Assembly: GCA_964363045.1 (NCBI GenBank)
Contig: CAYIGM010000003.1
Span: 1 to 41,540, forward strand
Source of the DNA: an uncultured Candidatus Saccharibacteria bacterium
Lineage (GTDB): Bacteria > Patescibacteriota > Minisyncoccia > GCA-002772825
Reading direction: 5' to 3'
Length of the DNA stretch: 41,540 nt
Position 1 is the first letter of the stretch; each line of letters opens with the position of its first letter. Positions 1 to 7,606 of this stretch are shown piece by piece. The notes beneath the pieces were generated by a model. That model made no database searches, was not told where the DNA came from, and saw nothing but the letters and a program-made list of their open reading frames with translations. Made by a program: the position numbers and the translations under genes.

Positions 1-1
1 G

Positions 2-721
2 CTGAAGGAGATGGACCAGATCAAGTCCGACTTCGTGACTATTGCTTCTCATCAGCTTAGGACCCCGCTTACGGCTATCAAGGGTTATGCTTCGCTTATG
101 CTTGAGGGGAGTTACGGCAAAGTGCCGGAGAAGATGAAGGACCCTCTGAGTAAACTCTTCCGTTCTTCTGAGAGGATGGTGGTGATGGTGGGCGATTTCC
201 TAAATGTTTCTAGGATTGAGCGTGGCAAGATAGATTATGAATTCACAAAGTTTGATTTGAAGAAAATTGTTAAAGAACTTTTTGAGGAGTTTAAATTGAG
301 TATGGAGAAAGAGGGGAGAAGCGACCCCAAACTCTACTTTGACACAGAGGTTAAGGGGGAGGTGTTTGTAAATGGCGACGAGGGGAAGATCAAGCAGGTC
401 CTCTCCAACTTGATAGACAACTCTATAAAATACACGCCGTCCGGTTTTGTGAAGATAATTTTCTCTGTGTCGGAAGAAGGGGAAAAGACCGCTCTTGTCT
501 CTATCAAAGACAGTGGCGCCGGCATGAGTGAAGAGACGGTACATAAAATCTTTGAGAAGTTCAACAGGGCTAAAGACGCCTCTAGGTTCAACACCGAAGG
601 CTCCGGCCTCGGCCTCTACGTGGCCAAGGAATTCATCAAGAAGCACAACGGCCGCCTCTGGGCGGAAAGCCCCGGGGAGGGGAAGGGGTCTACTTTCTTT
701 GTAGAATTACCGTTGGGGTAG
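2..721 (+). CDS. sensor histidine kinase, C-terminal part (HisKA + HATPase_c); 5' end lies upstream of the window
   Basis: H-box SHQLRTPLTAIKGY, N-box-like LIDNSIKYT, G1 DSGAGM and G2 GSGLGL are present. The frame is open to the window edge (LKE precedes the Met at 11). Confidence 0.9.
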   Translation: MKEMDQIKSDFVTIASHQLRTPLTAIKGYASLMLEGSYGKVPEKMKDPLSKLFRSSERMVVMVGDFLNVSRIERGKIDYEFTKFDLKKIVKELFEEFKLSMEKEGRSDPKLYFDTEVKGEVFVNGDEGKIKQVLSNLIDNSIKYTPSGFVKIIFSVSEEGEKTALVSIKDSGAGMSEETVHKIFEKFNRAKDASRFNTEGSGLGLYVAKEFIKKHNGRLWAESPGEGKGSTFFVELPLG

Positions 722-847
722 TAGTATCTTTCTCGTCTCTCGCGAATTGATTGACTATCTAATGGTGGGTGGTAGTCTGAAAGTAGAGAAGTTTGGTCTT
801 TGAAAACTTAAACCATCCGCCTTGGCGGATAGAAGGGAGGTAGAGAG
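722..847 (+). promoter_or_regulatory. conserved leader copy A (promoter-like element + hairpin + SD) upstream of precursor peptide A
   Basis: TTGACT at 751-756, a 16-nt spacer, then TAGTCT at 773-778. Hairpin ATCCGCC/GGCGGAT at 815-830. SD GGGAGG at 835-840, 7 nt before the ATG at 848. Nearly identical to 9079-9204. Confidence 0.6.
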
Positions 848-991
848 ATGGAAACAAGCAAGATATTGGATGTCGTAGATAGGCATGTTGATGCACAAAA
901 TGCCCTAGGCAGTGATGGTCTTATCAGTGCTCATTCTGATGGCCCTGGGCACAACAACCACAGTGGAGACTCTGACCACGAAAACAGCTAG
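848..991 (+). CDS. 47-aa candidate RiPP precursor peptide A (METSKILDVVDRHVDAQNALGSDGLISAHSDGPGHNNHSGDSDHENS)
   Basis: Translated by hand and absent from the ORF track (below its length cut-off). Has a strong SD and sits directly upstream of a radical SAM/SPASM gene. The C-terminal half is rich in His/Asp/Ser/Gly/Asn and has no Cys. Confidence 0.65.
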   Translation: METSKILDVVDRHVDAQNALGSDGLISAHSDGPGHNNHSGDSDHENS

Positions 992-995
992 TCAA

Positions 996-1035
996 ATGAG
1001 AATGACTCTCCTGTAAAAAGGAGAGTCATTCTCAT
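996..1035 (+). promoter_or_regulatory. intercistronic 16-bp perfect stem-loop between precursor A and the rSAM gene
   Basis: ATGAGAATGACTCTCC (996-1011) pairs with GGAGAGTCATTCTCAT (1020-1035), with an 8-nt loop. The 3' arm contains the SD-like AGGAG and the ATG at 1034. Confidence 0.7.
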
Positions 1036-2125
1036 GATAGAAAAAGAGGATAAAATGCATATAATCCCGATTGTGAAAGTTGTATCAGAAACTTGTAATC
1101 TAAGATGTATCTATTGCTACTATCGCGACGGCAATCAAAATAAAATTCAGTTAATGTCATACAATGTGTTAACTGAGTTAATCAAAAAAACAATCCTCGA
1201 GATTAGAAACAGGATTACTTTTATCTGGCATGGCGGTGAGCCTTTACTTGCGGGCCGTTCGTTTTATCAGGACATTTTAGATATACAAAGTAAGTATAAA
1301 GAAGATAACCGCAAAGTGATAAACGGGGTTCAAACCAACGGCATTGTCCTCGACGGACGATGGGCTGAGTTCTTCTTTGAAAATCATTTTCGTGTTGGGG
1401 TAAGCTGCGATGGACCAAAGAAATACAACGATAAGAATCGTTTACTTGCTAACGGATTGAGTTCTTTTGATCGCGTATATAAAGGTATGCGCGATCTAAA
1501 AAGGTTCAATCTGGATCCTCATGTAATCTCAGTAATCACCCGCTCAAGTTTAGAAGGAGCACGCGAGATATACGAGTTTTTCAGGGATAATCAGTTATCA
1601 TTTCATCCTAAGCCATGCTCCGAGAGTGGCCGCAATGGCCTTCCAGCGGAATACTCCATTAATCCTGACGAATATACAGATTTCATGATAGAAATATTTG
1701 ATCTGTGGTGGAAAGATGATAATCCCCGGATCAAGATCAGAAATCTTTTTAATATTCTTATCGGATTGAGGGGAGGCAGGCCTAATTTGTGTGAGAGTAA
1801 TGGAGATTGCCACCTCTTTCTGACAGTTGAGCCTAATGGAGATGTTGGTCCTTGCGATAGTTTCTTAACCGGAAAATATCTTTTTGGCAATATAGAAAAA
1901 CAAAGCTGGAAAGAAATTTTAAATGGACCTGTGTATAAGAAATACCTTGAAGATATTGAGTACAGCAGAAGGTTTTGTAATGGATGCGAATGGCTCTCTG
2001 TCTGCAATGGTGGTTGCCTTAGATACTCGTTCGATGGAAATCAAGACAAATGGATTAAGAATCAGTTTTGTGAGTCAAAAATTCGTCTTTTTAAATACAT
2101 AAAAGAACGGATTTGCGCACGCTAA
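1034..2125 (+). CDS. radical SAM / SPASM-domain peptide-modifying enzyme (anSME-like family)
   Basis: CNLRCIYC CxxxCxxC cluster motif. C-terminal SPASM-type cysteines: CESNGDCHLFLTVEPNGDVGPCDSF ... CNGCEWLSVCNGGC. An alternative start is the ATG at 1055. Confidence 0.85.
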   Translation: MIEKEDKMHIIPIVKVVSETCNLRCIYCYYRDGNQNKIQLMSYNVLTELIKKTILEIRNRITFIWHGGEPLLAGRSFYQDILDIQSKYKEDNRKVINGVQTNGIVLDGRWAEFFFENHFRVGVSCDGPKKYNDKNRLLANGLSSFDRVYKGMRDLKRFNLDPHVISVITRSSLEGAREIYEFFRDNQLSFHPKPCSESGRNGLPAEYSINPDEYTDFMIEIFDLWWKDDNPRIKIRNLFNILIGLRGGRPNLCESNGDCHLFLTVEPNGDVGPCDSFLTGKYLFGNIEKQSWKEILNGPVYKKYLEDIEYSRRFCNGCEWLSVCNGGCLRYSFDGNQDKWIKNQFCESKIRLFKYIKERICAR

Positions 2126-2155
2126 AAGAGGTAGTTAAAAACTACCTCTTTTTTG
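2124..2155. terminator. bidirectional hairpin terminator between convergent genes
   Basis: AAAAGAGGTAGT / ACTACCTCTTTT stem with a 5-nt loop and flanking A/T runs. Confidence 0.7.
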
Positions 2156-3122
2156 TAGATTTCAATATTTTTGCAATCTTATCTATGAAATCTTTATCGA
2201 TCGGTTTTTTAATATTTATATAATTTTCAGTTAAAGAGATAATACTCTGTAGTACATTTTGACGAAAATCTGAAAAAGTATTAATTGGTGTCGGCTCCGT
2301 TTTTTTTAAAATGTTACCTAAATATTTAATGCCAATATATCCTTTTGGAACAAGGCTTTCTATTATGATCTCATTTATTGCAGTTAGCGGACTCATTTTT
2401 TCTTTAAAAAATTTTGTTTCTAAATTTATTTTGTTTTTGATGATAGTTTGCCTGATTAATTTAAGATGCCTCTCGTCTATGAAACAGAGGTGACATATCT
2501 CATGGAATATGACTCCCAGCGCATATTTTGTTAAAGAATGGTTCCGTGTTAAATTATTTATCTCTAAGGTTATTCCGCTTTCTCCTATATTTGCTCCGCC
2601 ACCAAGTTTGTCATTGCAAGGATGAGCTAAGAGGTAAATTGTCACTTTTTTTAAACTTACCTTGCTACCAAAAAAAGATTTAAGTTGGTTAAGTATAATT
2701 TTTGTTCTTTTATTAGTTAACTCATTTTCTATAATTTTTTTGTTAGTGGAGATTATTTTTGAGCCAATCTTCCACCAAATATTGAATTTTTTTTCAAAAA
2801 TATCAAAAGATTTCTCAATGATCTCGATATCTCTCTGCTTAAGAATAGCCCGCGCCTTAATAATAGCTTCTTTTTTATTTTTGCTCGTTATGAAGGACTC
2901 CCCAAGGTAAGTTAATACCCCTGGTTTTATTTGTTTGAATCCATATGCTGTCATTATTTTTTTTATTTGTTTCAGGTTGTTTTTTTCTTTATTAGTTAAG
3001 GCACCTAGAACCTTGAGCCACTCTTCGTTATAGTTTTTTCTGCAAGAGTAATGCCATTCTGAAAGATTTGTTACAAAGAAGAAAAAATTACCTATTCTTG
3101 AGGAAGTTACATTAAATTTCAT
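2142..3122 (-). CDS. hypothetical protein with HExxH (HEICH) motif, possible zinc metallopeptidase
   Basis: 326-aa ORF containing GVIFHEICHLCF. Convergent with the rSAM gene. No family recognised beyond the motif. Confidence 0.45.
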   Translation of the reverse strand: MKFNVTSSRIGNFFFFVTNLSEWHYSCRKNYNEEWLKVLGALTNKEKNNLKQIKKIMTAYGFKQIKPGVLTYLGESFITSKNKKEAIIKARAILKQRDIEIIEKSFDIFEKKFNIWWKIGSKIISTNKKIIENELTNKRTKIILNQLKSFFGSKVSLKKVTIYLLAHPCNDKLGGGANIGESGITLEINNLTRNHSLTKYALGVIFHEICHLCFIDERHLKLIRQTIIKNKINLETKFFKEKMSPLTAINEIIIESLVPKGYIGIKYLGNILKKTEPTPINTFSDFRQNVLQSIISLTENYINIKKPIDKDFIDKIAKILKSTKKR

Positions 3123-3171
3123 AATAGCTTTAGTATATAATATGTAGCTTAAGTATCAAAGGTGGTATTCC

Positions 3172-3334
3172 CTAGTTCAACACCGAAGGCTCCGGCCTCG
3201 ATCTCTATGTGGCCAAGGAATTCATCAAGAAGCACAACGGCCGCTTTTGGGCGGAGAGCCCCGGGGAGGGGAAGGGGTCTACTTTCTTTGTAGAGTTGCC
3301 GAGGGGGAAGGGCGTGTTGCCGTTAATTTATTGA
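3172..3334 (+). pseudogene. histidine-kinase 3'-end fragment, copy 2 (G2 box to stop)
   Basis: Encodes FNTEGSGLDLYVAKEFIKKHNGRFWAESPGEGKGSTFFVELPRGKGVLPLIY*. An in-frame TAG lies immediately upstream (3173-3175) and there is no start codon. Near-identical DNA to 583-721. Confidence 0.85.
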
Positions 3335-3377
3335 TTATGAAATAAGTATATTTAGTTTAGTATTAGCAACAATCATT

Positions 3378-4142
3378 ATGAATATTATCGTCTACTCAAA
3401 AGAAGAGGGCTTTGAGGGTGGTGTTAAAAAACTTGGCGATGAATCTTCTCAATGTGGAAAAACTTGCGAGATTATCGAGATAAAAGAATTACCTGGCTTG
3501 TTAAAAAGGGGATATTTTGAGACTATACAATTTAACATATATTTTCTCTCTAGCGATTATCGCATATCACATTTTATAGATATTATTAAAAAGAAAAACC
3601 AAACTGTGGTAAATGAGGCATTTTTAATTCGCGGCATAATTGTATCAAAATTTGAGTCATTGGAAAGAGTGCGTCGCGGTGGTATACACATACCAAGGCA
3701 TATACAACTAACATACGATGATAATAATTTTTTAGATAAATTAATTATGCCGGTTTTTATAAAGTCCAAGAGTCCGAGAGGGTTAGTTATTCGCGTTAAT
3801 GATAAAAAGTCACTAAATAATAGACTTGAATCATTGCCCGAAAAACAGAATTATTATCTTGAAGAAAATGTAAAGAATAAAGATAATATTGAATTAAAAA
3901 TTTATTATATTAATGGTGATGCATACGCACAAGAAATATGTGGTGCCAATACCGATATTCCAAGTTGGTTTCGTGTCGTATTGGATAAGATATCAAAATG
4001 TACAGAGCTAGATGTGTTTTCCGCAGATTTTTTTATTGATTGGGGAAAAGAGGAGTACTATTGTTTTGATATTAATCACGCATCATCTTTTTATAAATCT
4101 GAGAAAGCAAGAGAAGTATTTATTTCTAAAATTTTAAAATAA
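3378..4142 (+). CDS. ATP-grasp-like protein (putative)
   Basis: 254-aa ORF whose layout resembles RimK-type ATP-grasp proteins (PVFIKSKSPRGLVIRV, YYLEENV, ELKIYYINGD, YCFDINHASSF). The assignment comes from motif resemblance only. Confidence 0.45.
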   Translation: MNIIVYSKEEGFEGGVKKLGDESSQCGKTCEIIEIKELPGLLKRGYFETIQFNIYFLSSDYRISHFIDIIKKKNQTVVNEAFLIRGIIVSKFESLERVRRGGIHIPRHIQLTYDDNNFLDKLIMPVFIKSKSPRGLVIRVNDKKSLNNRLESLPEKQNYYLEENVKNKDNIELKIYYINGDAYAQEICGANTDIPSWFRVVLDKISKCTELDVFSADFFIDWGKEEYYCFDINHASSFYKSEKAREVFISKILK

Positions 4143-4143
4143 T

Positions 4144-4836
4144 ATGGATTGGGAAGAGATGTATATGAGTAAAATTAGACGCGCTGGTGGAATAGATCGA
4201 TATCTTCAAAAAAAAGAAGAAAGATCGGCGGGCGCACTCATTGAGCGTATAAGAAAAAATATTAAACCAGGGTCTCGTATTTTAGAGATTGGAACCGGAA
4301 CAGGCGCAATTGGGGCACTGCTCACCAAATACGGCTTTGATATGACGGCAATTGATAACGATTCAAAAATGATAAAAATAGCTAAAAAAACTTTTTCATT
4401 ATTTAATAAGGTTGATAATGTTTATTTATATAATGCTAAAGATATTATTAAAAAATTTGGATTAAATTCGTTTGCTTGCGTAATATCTCATGGGATGCTG
4501 GAACATTATTCAGATATAGAGATAATTAACTTTTTGAAGATACAGCTTTCTGTAGCTCCTCTTGTGATATTTGTTATACCAACATCCTCTATGTCAAAAA
4601 AATATAGATCTAAAGGGATTGGAGATGAAAGATATTTATCAACACAATACTGGAGAGAATTGATCAGAAAAGATTTTTTTATTCAGTATATTTTTGGATT
4701 TGGATTTAAAGAAACAAATTTCCCGCAGTCTTTTGAAATACTATTAAAAAATAATACCATAGCGAGGTTACTTGCTCCATTATGCGGTATTAATGAATTT
4801 TGGATTATCGCTAAAGGGGATAATTTTACTTTTTGA
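4144..4836 (+). CDS. class I SAM-dependent methyltransferase
   Basis: Motif I ILEIGTGTGAIG followed by an acidic residue in AIDND. Tightly follows the preceding gene (2-nt gap). Confidence 0.75.
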   Translation: MDWEEMYMSKIRRAGGIDRYLQKKEERSAGALIERIRKNIKPGSRILEIGTGTGAIGALLTKYGFDMTAIDNDSKMIKIAKKTFSLFNKVDNVYLYNAKDIIKKFGLNSFACVISHGMLEHYSDIEIINFLKIQLSVAPLVIFVIPTSSMSKKYRSKGIGDERYLSTQYWRELIRKDFFIQYIFGFGFKETNFPQSFEILLKNNTIARLLAPLCGINEFWIIAKGDNFTF

Positions 4837-5239
4837 TGAGATGATAAATTTCCTTAAAATATTCTTTTAAGTTGTTATAACTTAATATCGAAGATACCTC
4901 ATTTATTGGTATCCATTTAATATTATCTTCTTTAAATTCCGGCCTTAAAAGGGTATCATCCTCAGATTGTACCAAAAACATTTTTGTCGAGATATTGCCT
5001 CCATTTGGATGTGTATAATTTATACCCGGCAATTCTCGTAGAATTATTATAGATAGCCCGGTCTCTTCTTTGATCTCTCTCCTCATTGTGGCGGTCGGAT
5101 TTTCACCCTCCTCAATGTGCCCCTTGGGAAAAGACCAATCATTTTGTTTTCCACGATAAAGCAGAGCAATTTTATTTTGATCATCTTTGCTCAAAATAAT
5201 GGCGCCGGCTTTTTGTGTTGATTTAGTTTTGATAATCAT
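4826..5239 (-). CDS. NUDIX hydrolase
   Basis: Nudix box GHIEEGENPTATMRREIKEETGL (GX5EX7REUXEEXGU). Confidence 0.85.
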   Translation of the reverse strand: MIIKTKSTQKAGAIILSKDDQNKIALLYRGKQNDWSFPKGHIEEGENPTATMRREIKEETGLSIIILRELPGINYTHPNGGNISTKMFLVQSEDDTLLRPEFKEDNIKWIPINEVSSILSYNNLKEYFKEIYHLIKK

Positions 5240-5289
5240 TACTATATAATAACTTATTTTAATATGTTTATAAATAAGTATTTTTATTC

Positions 5290-5327
5290 AAAAAAATCCC
5301 CCTTATTCTTGATAAAATAAGGGGGGT
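5290..5327 (-). terminator. rho-independent terminator after the P-loop gene
   Basis: CCCCCTTATT / AATAAGGGGG stem, followed on the minus strand by a T-run. Confidence 0.65.
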
Positions 5328-5352
5328 TAAGAAGTAAATTTAGATTAACGAT

Positions 5353-5889
5353 TCATTTGATTTTTCCGGTCACGGAAAGATACTCAAAAAGAGCTTTTGC
5401 TTCTAAAGCTTGTAATTCCTGTGATGCTATCCCGCAAAAAGACCACTCTATTTGAGAGAGAAGGCAGTGATAATCTTCTTTATCATGCCAATGTCGCGCT
5501 CTTCTATCATCAAGAGTTAGATCTTCGGGGCTACTCCTCTTTAGTCTTAGTTCTTTTGGAATAAATACGCCCGCCAAGGTGCTTTCGCTATCTACTTCTT
5601 TAATGGCTCGCCATTCATCGGGGGTATGAATAGCATCAAGAAGAATGACATTATTTGGGTTTCTGTCGTATTCAATTCTCCTTAGCAGGTGATGCATGAT
5701 TTCATACCCTCCCATCGTTCGATAGAGATTACGATACCAATCAGTCCATGCGGGTTCGTTTTCCCCAATGTCAGACCATTCTTTTAGTAGGGCTCGCTTC
5801 AAGAGCCATTTCCATCCAAATCTTTTTTCCATATATTGGCAGAGATGTGATTTTCCCGAACTATGAAAACCAGCAAATCCTATAATCAT
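5353..5889 (-). CDS. P-loop NTPase / small-molecule or nucleotide kinase-like protein
   Basis: Walker A GFHSSGKS at the N-terminus. 178 aa, similar in size to dephospho-CoA or nucleoside-monophosphate kinases. Confidence 0.5.
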   Translation of the reverse strand: MIIGFAGFHSSGKSHLCQYMEKRFGWKWLLKRALLKEWSDIGENEPAWTDWYRNLYRTMGGYEIMHHLLRRIEYDRNPNNVILLDAIHTPDEWRAIKEVDSESTLAGVFIPKELRLKRSSPEDLTLDDRRARHWHDKEDYHCLLSQIEWSFCGIASQELQALEAKALFEYLSVTGKIK

Positions 5890-5916
5890 TTTTTTCTCCT
5901 CATCTTACGGGTGAGA

Positions 5917-7011
5917 TTATTTTTTTTCTGCCATCGCGGCGGACATACAGTGTATTTCGGGGGTGCAGGAATTTCCCCAGAAGGAAGAAAGATTCTGTAT
6001 CATAAAATCCCCGACGCTGGACACTCCTAACGGCTCTAAAAAACCACAAGTATGAACACGGCCATTCGGAGATATGGAAAGTCCTCGCCGTCCAGCTTTA
6101 CACTTGTGCCATGCGAACGGGAGTTTGATTCTTGGGGCGGTATCAATTTCCTTGAGATAATGACCACTGACAATTCCCTTTGGGTCAGAAAGAAATGAAT
6201 CTAGTTTGATGCGCAGAACATTATAGTCATCAGTTGTCAGCATTTCTTGCGCATTACTTGCTCTTCCTGACGGGATTAACCTCCGGATCATTATTGGTAC
6301 ATTTCGGTCAGAGAAATATCGCACCACATGAGGGATTTCCAACAAATTGCTCTTCATGGCAACGAGGTTCACTCTTACAGGAATTTGAGCTTCTATTAAA
6401 AACTCAATACCCTTAAGAGTTTTTTGAAACATTCCAAGCCCTCGAATAGAATCGTGCCTATCTTCGAGGCCATCGACGCTGACAATCGCAACATTTAGAC
6501 CAATTTCGGAAAGACGCTTTGCGACTGTAGCATCGATAAGTGTTCCGTTTGTACCCAGTGATGCGCGTAAACCAGCTTCTCGGATCTTTAAAATGTAATC
6601 AAAGATTGAAGATATAAGAAGAGGCTCTCCTCCGGTGAAGCGAACTTCTTGAACTCCAGACATACAAAAATCCTCAAGGAGAGAGATTTTTCGCTCATGA
6701 GATAACTCGACAGGTAATGATTCACTAGAGTCATTAAGGCAATGAGTGCAGTGTAGATTGCATGCACGAGAGAGCTCAAAAAAGATTATATCTGGCGCGC
6801 TGAAATTATCAGCAGGGAGAGTGCTTGGTTCACGGATGATTACCTCGGTTGACGTCGTCTTCAATTCAATCCGAAGATTATAAGGAACAAGACCCTCGTT
6901 CTTTATCTGTTGGAATTCTAGTGGAGTAATGTATATCCTCTTTCCGGAGACTGCATTGCTGATTGTCCCGCCAAAAAATTCTTTTCTGAGTAATGATGCT
7001 TGTCTTTTCAT
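5917..7011 (-). CDS. radical SAM enzyme with partial SPASM/twitch C-terminal domain and an N-terminal extension
   Basis: CNLHCTHC cluster motif, GGEPLL, and C-terminal CKAGRRGLSISPNGRVHTC plus CTPEIHC. I moved the start to the ATG at 7011, which is preceded by AGGAGG; the ORF track uses the TTG at 7053. Confidence 0.8.
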   Translation of the reverse strand: MKRQASLLRKEFFGGTISNAVSGKRIYITPLEFQQIKNEGLVPYNLRIELKTTSTEVIIREPSTLPADNFSAPDIIFFELSRACNLHCTHCLNDSSESLPVELSHERKISLLEDFCMSGVQEVRFTGGEPLLISSIFDYILKIREAGLRASLGTNGTLIDATVAKRLSEIGLNVAIVSVDGLEDRHDSIRGLGMFQKTLKGIEFLIEAQIPVRVNLVAMKSNLLEIPHVVRYFSDRNVPIMIRRLIPSGRASNAQEMLTTDDYNVLRIKLDSFLSDPKGIVSGHYLKEIDTAPRIKLPFAWHKCKAGRRGLSISPNGRVHTCGFLEPLGVSSVGDFMIQNLSSFWGNSCTPEIHCMSAAMAEKK

Positions 7012-7046
7012 CTTTGTCCTCCTTAAGATAAGTTTATTTTTTTTAA

Positions 7047-7076
7047 TTGACAAAGTACATTTCTAATATATAGAAT
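7047..7076 (+). promoter_or_regulatory. sigma70-like promoter, TTGACA-18 nt-TAGAAT
   Basis: TTGACA at 7047-7052 and TAGAAT at 7071-7076, 9 nt upstream of the ATG at 7086. Confidence 0.55.
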
Positions 7077-7085
7077 GCATATATT

Positions 7086-7181
7086 ATGATTGAAAGTCAA
7101 CATCAAAAATTACAACAAGCGTTTGAGGCACAAAAAAATTGTTTGAATCTTTGTTATCGTAGTAGCTGGACGGCTTCGTGA
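7086..7181 (+). CDS. 31-aa Cys-containing small ORF (MIESQHQKLQQAFEAQKNCLNLCYRSSWTAS)
   Basis: Translated by hand. Lies directly downstream of a strong promoter and divergent from the rSAM gene. Its stop TGA overlaps the GTG at 7178 of the kinase fragment. Confidence 0.3.
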   Translation: MIESQHQKLQQAFEAQKNCLNLCYRSSWTAS

Positions 7182-7447
7182 AAATTATCTTTTCCCTGCC
7201 GGAGGGGAAGAACACCGCCCTTGTGTATATTAAAGATTCCGGCGCCGGCATGAGTGAAGAGACGGTACATAAAATCTTTGAGAAGTTCAACAGGGCTAAA
7301 GACGCCTCTAGGTTCAACACCGAAGGCTCCGGCCTCGGCCTCTATGTGGCCAAGGAATTCATCAAGAAGCACAACGGCCGCTTTTGGGCGGAGAGCCCCG
7401 GGGAGGGGAAGGGCTCAACCTTCTTCGTGGAATTGCCGCTTAGTTAG
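7167..7447 (+). pseudogene. histidine-kinase 3'-end fragment, copy 3 (G1 box to stop); retains an 89-aa ORF from the GTG at 7178
   Basis: Homologous to 448-721: VKIIFS..KDSGAGMSEETVHKIFEKFNRAKDASRFNTEGSGLGLYVAKEFIKKHNGRFWAESPGEGKGSTFFVELPLS*. TAGTAG stops lie just upstream in frame. HisKA and the N-box are missing. Confidence 0.8.
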
Positions 7448-7462
7448 AGAGGGTAAAATATT

Positions 7463-7606
7463 ATGAGAAATAAATTTGAAGAAGAAGGCTTAAAAGTAGA
7501 GAAAAAAGGACAGTTAGATTTTTTAAAAAATGTCCTTAATAGATATGATAAACTTTATTTTGATGGTGCAGCAGATGGTATTAAATATCTAAAGAACATA
7601 AAATGA
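7463..7606 (+). CDS. 47-aa small ORF (MRNKFEEEGLKVEKKGQLDFLKNVLNRYDKLYFDGAADGIKYLKNIK)
   Basis: Translated by hand. Starts 15 nt after kinase fragment 3 and overlaps the next start as ATGA (7603-7606). Confidence 0.35.
   Translation: MRNKFEEEGLKVEKKGQLDFLKNVLNRYDKLYFDGAADGIKYLKNIK

Noticed and set aside
200-646. Long antisense ORFs inside the kinase gene and its copies. These are 200-646(-), 334-594(-), 7084-7320(-), 7154-7372(-), 8749-9003(-), 7254-7466(+) and 8975-9160(+). They give recurring 'protein' sequences such as MLLDEFLGH.EAEAGAFGVEP.
   Set aside because: They recur only because the underlying kinase DNA is repeated. They lie antisense or out of frame to a clearly recognisable HATPase_c reading frame in relatively GC-rich sequence, which suppresses stop codons.
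762-803. 13-aa mini-ORF M(V/G)GGSLKVEKFGL inside leaders A and D.
   Set aside because: It lacks an SD and overlaps the putative -10 element, so it may not be in the transcript at all. Its conservation is explained by the conservation of the whole leader. I mention it under the leader finding only.
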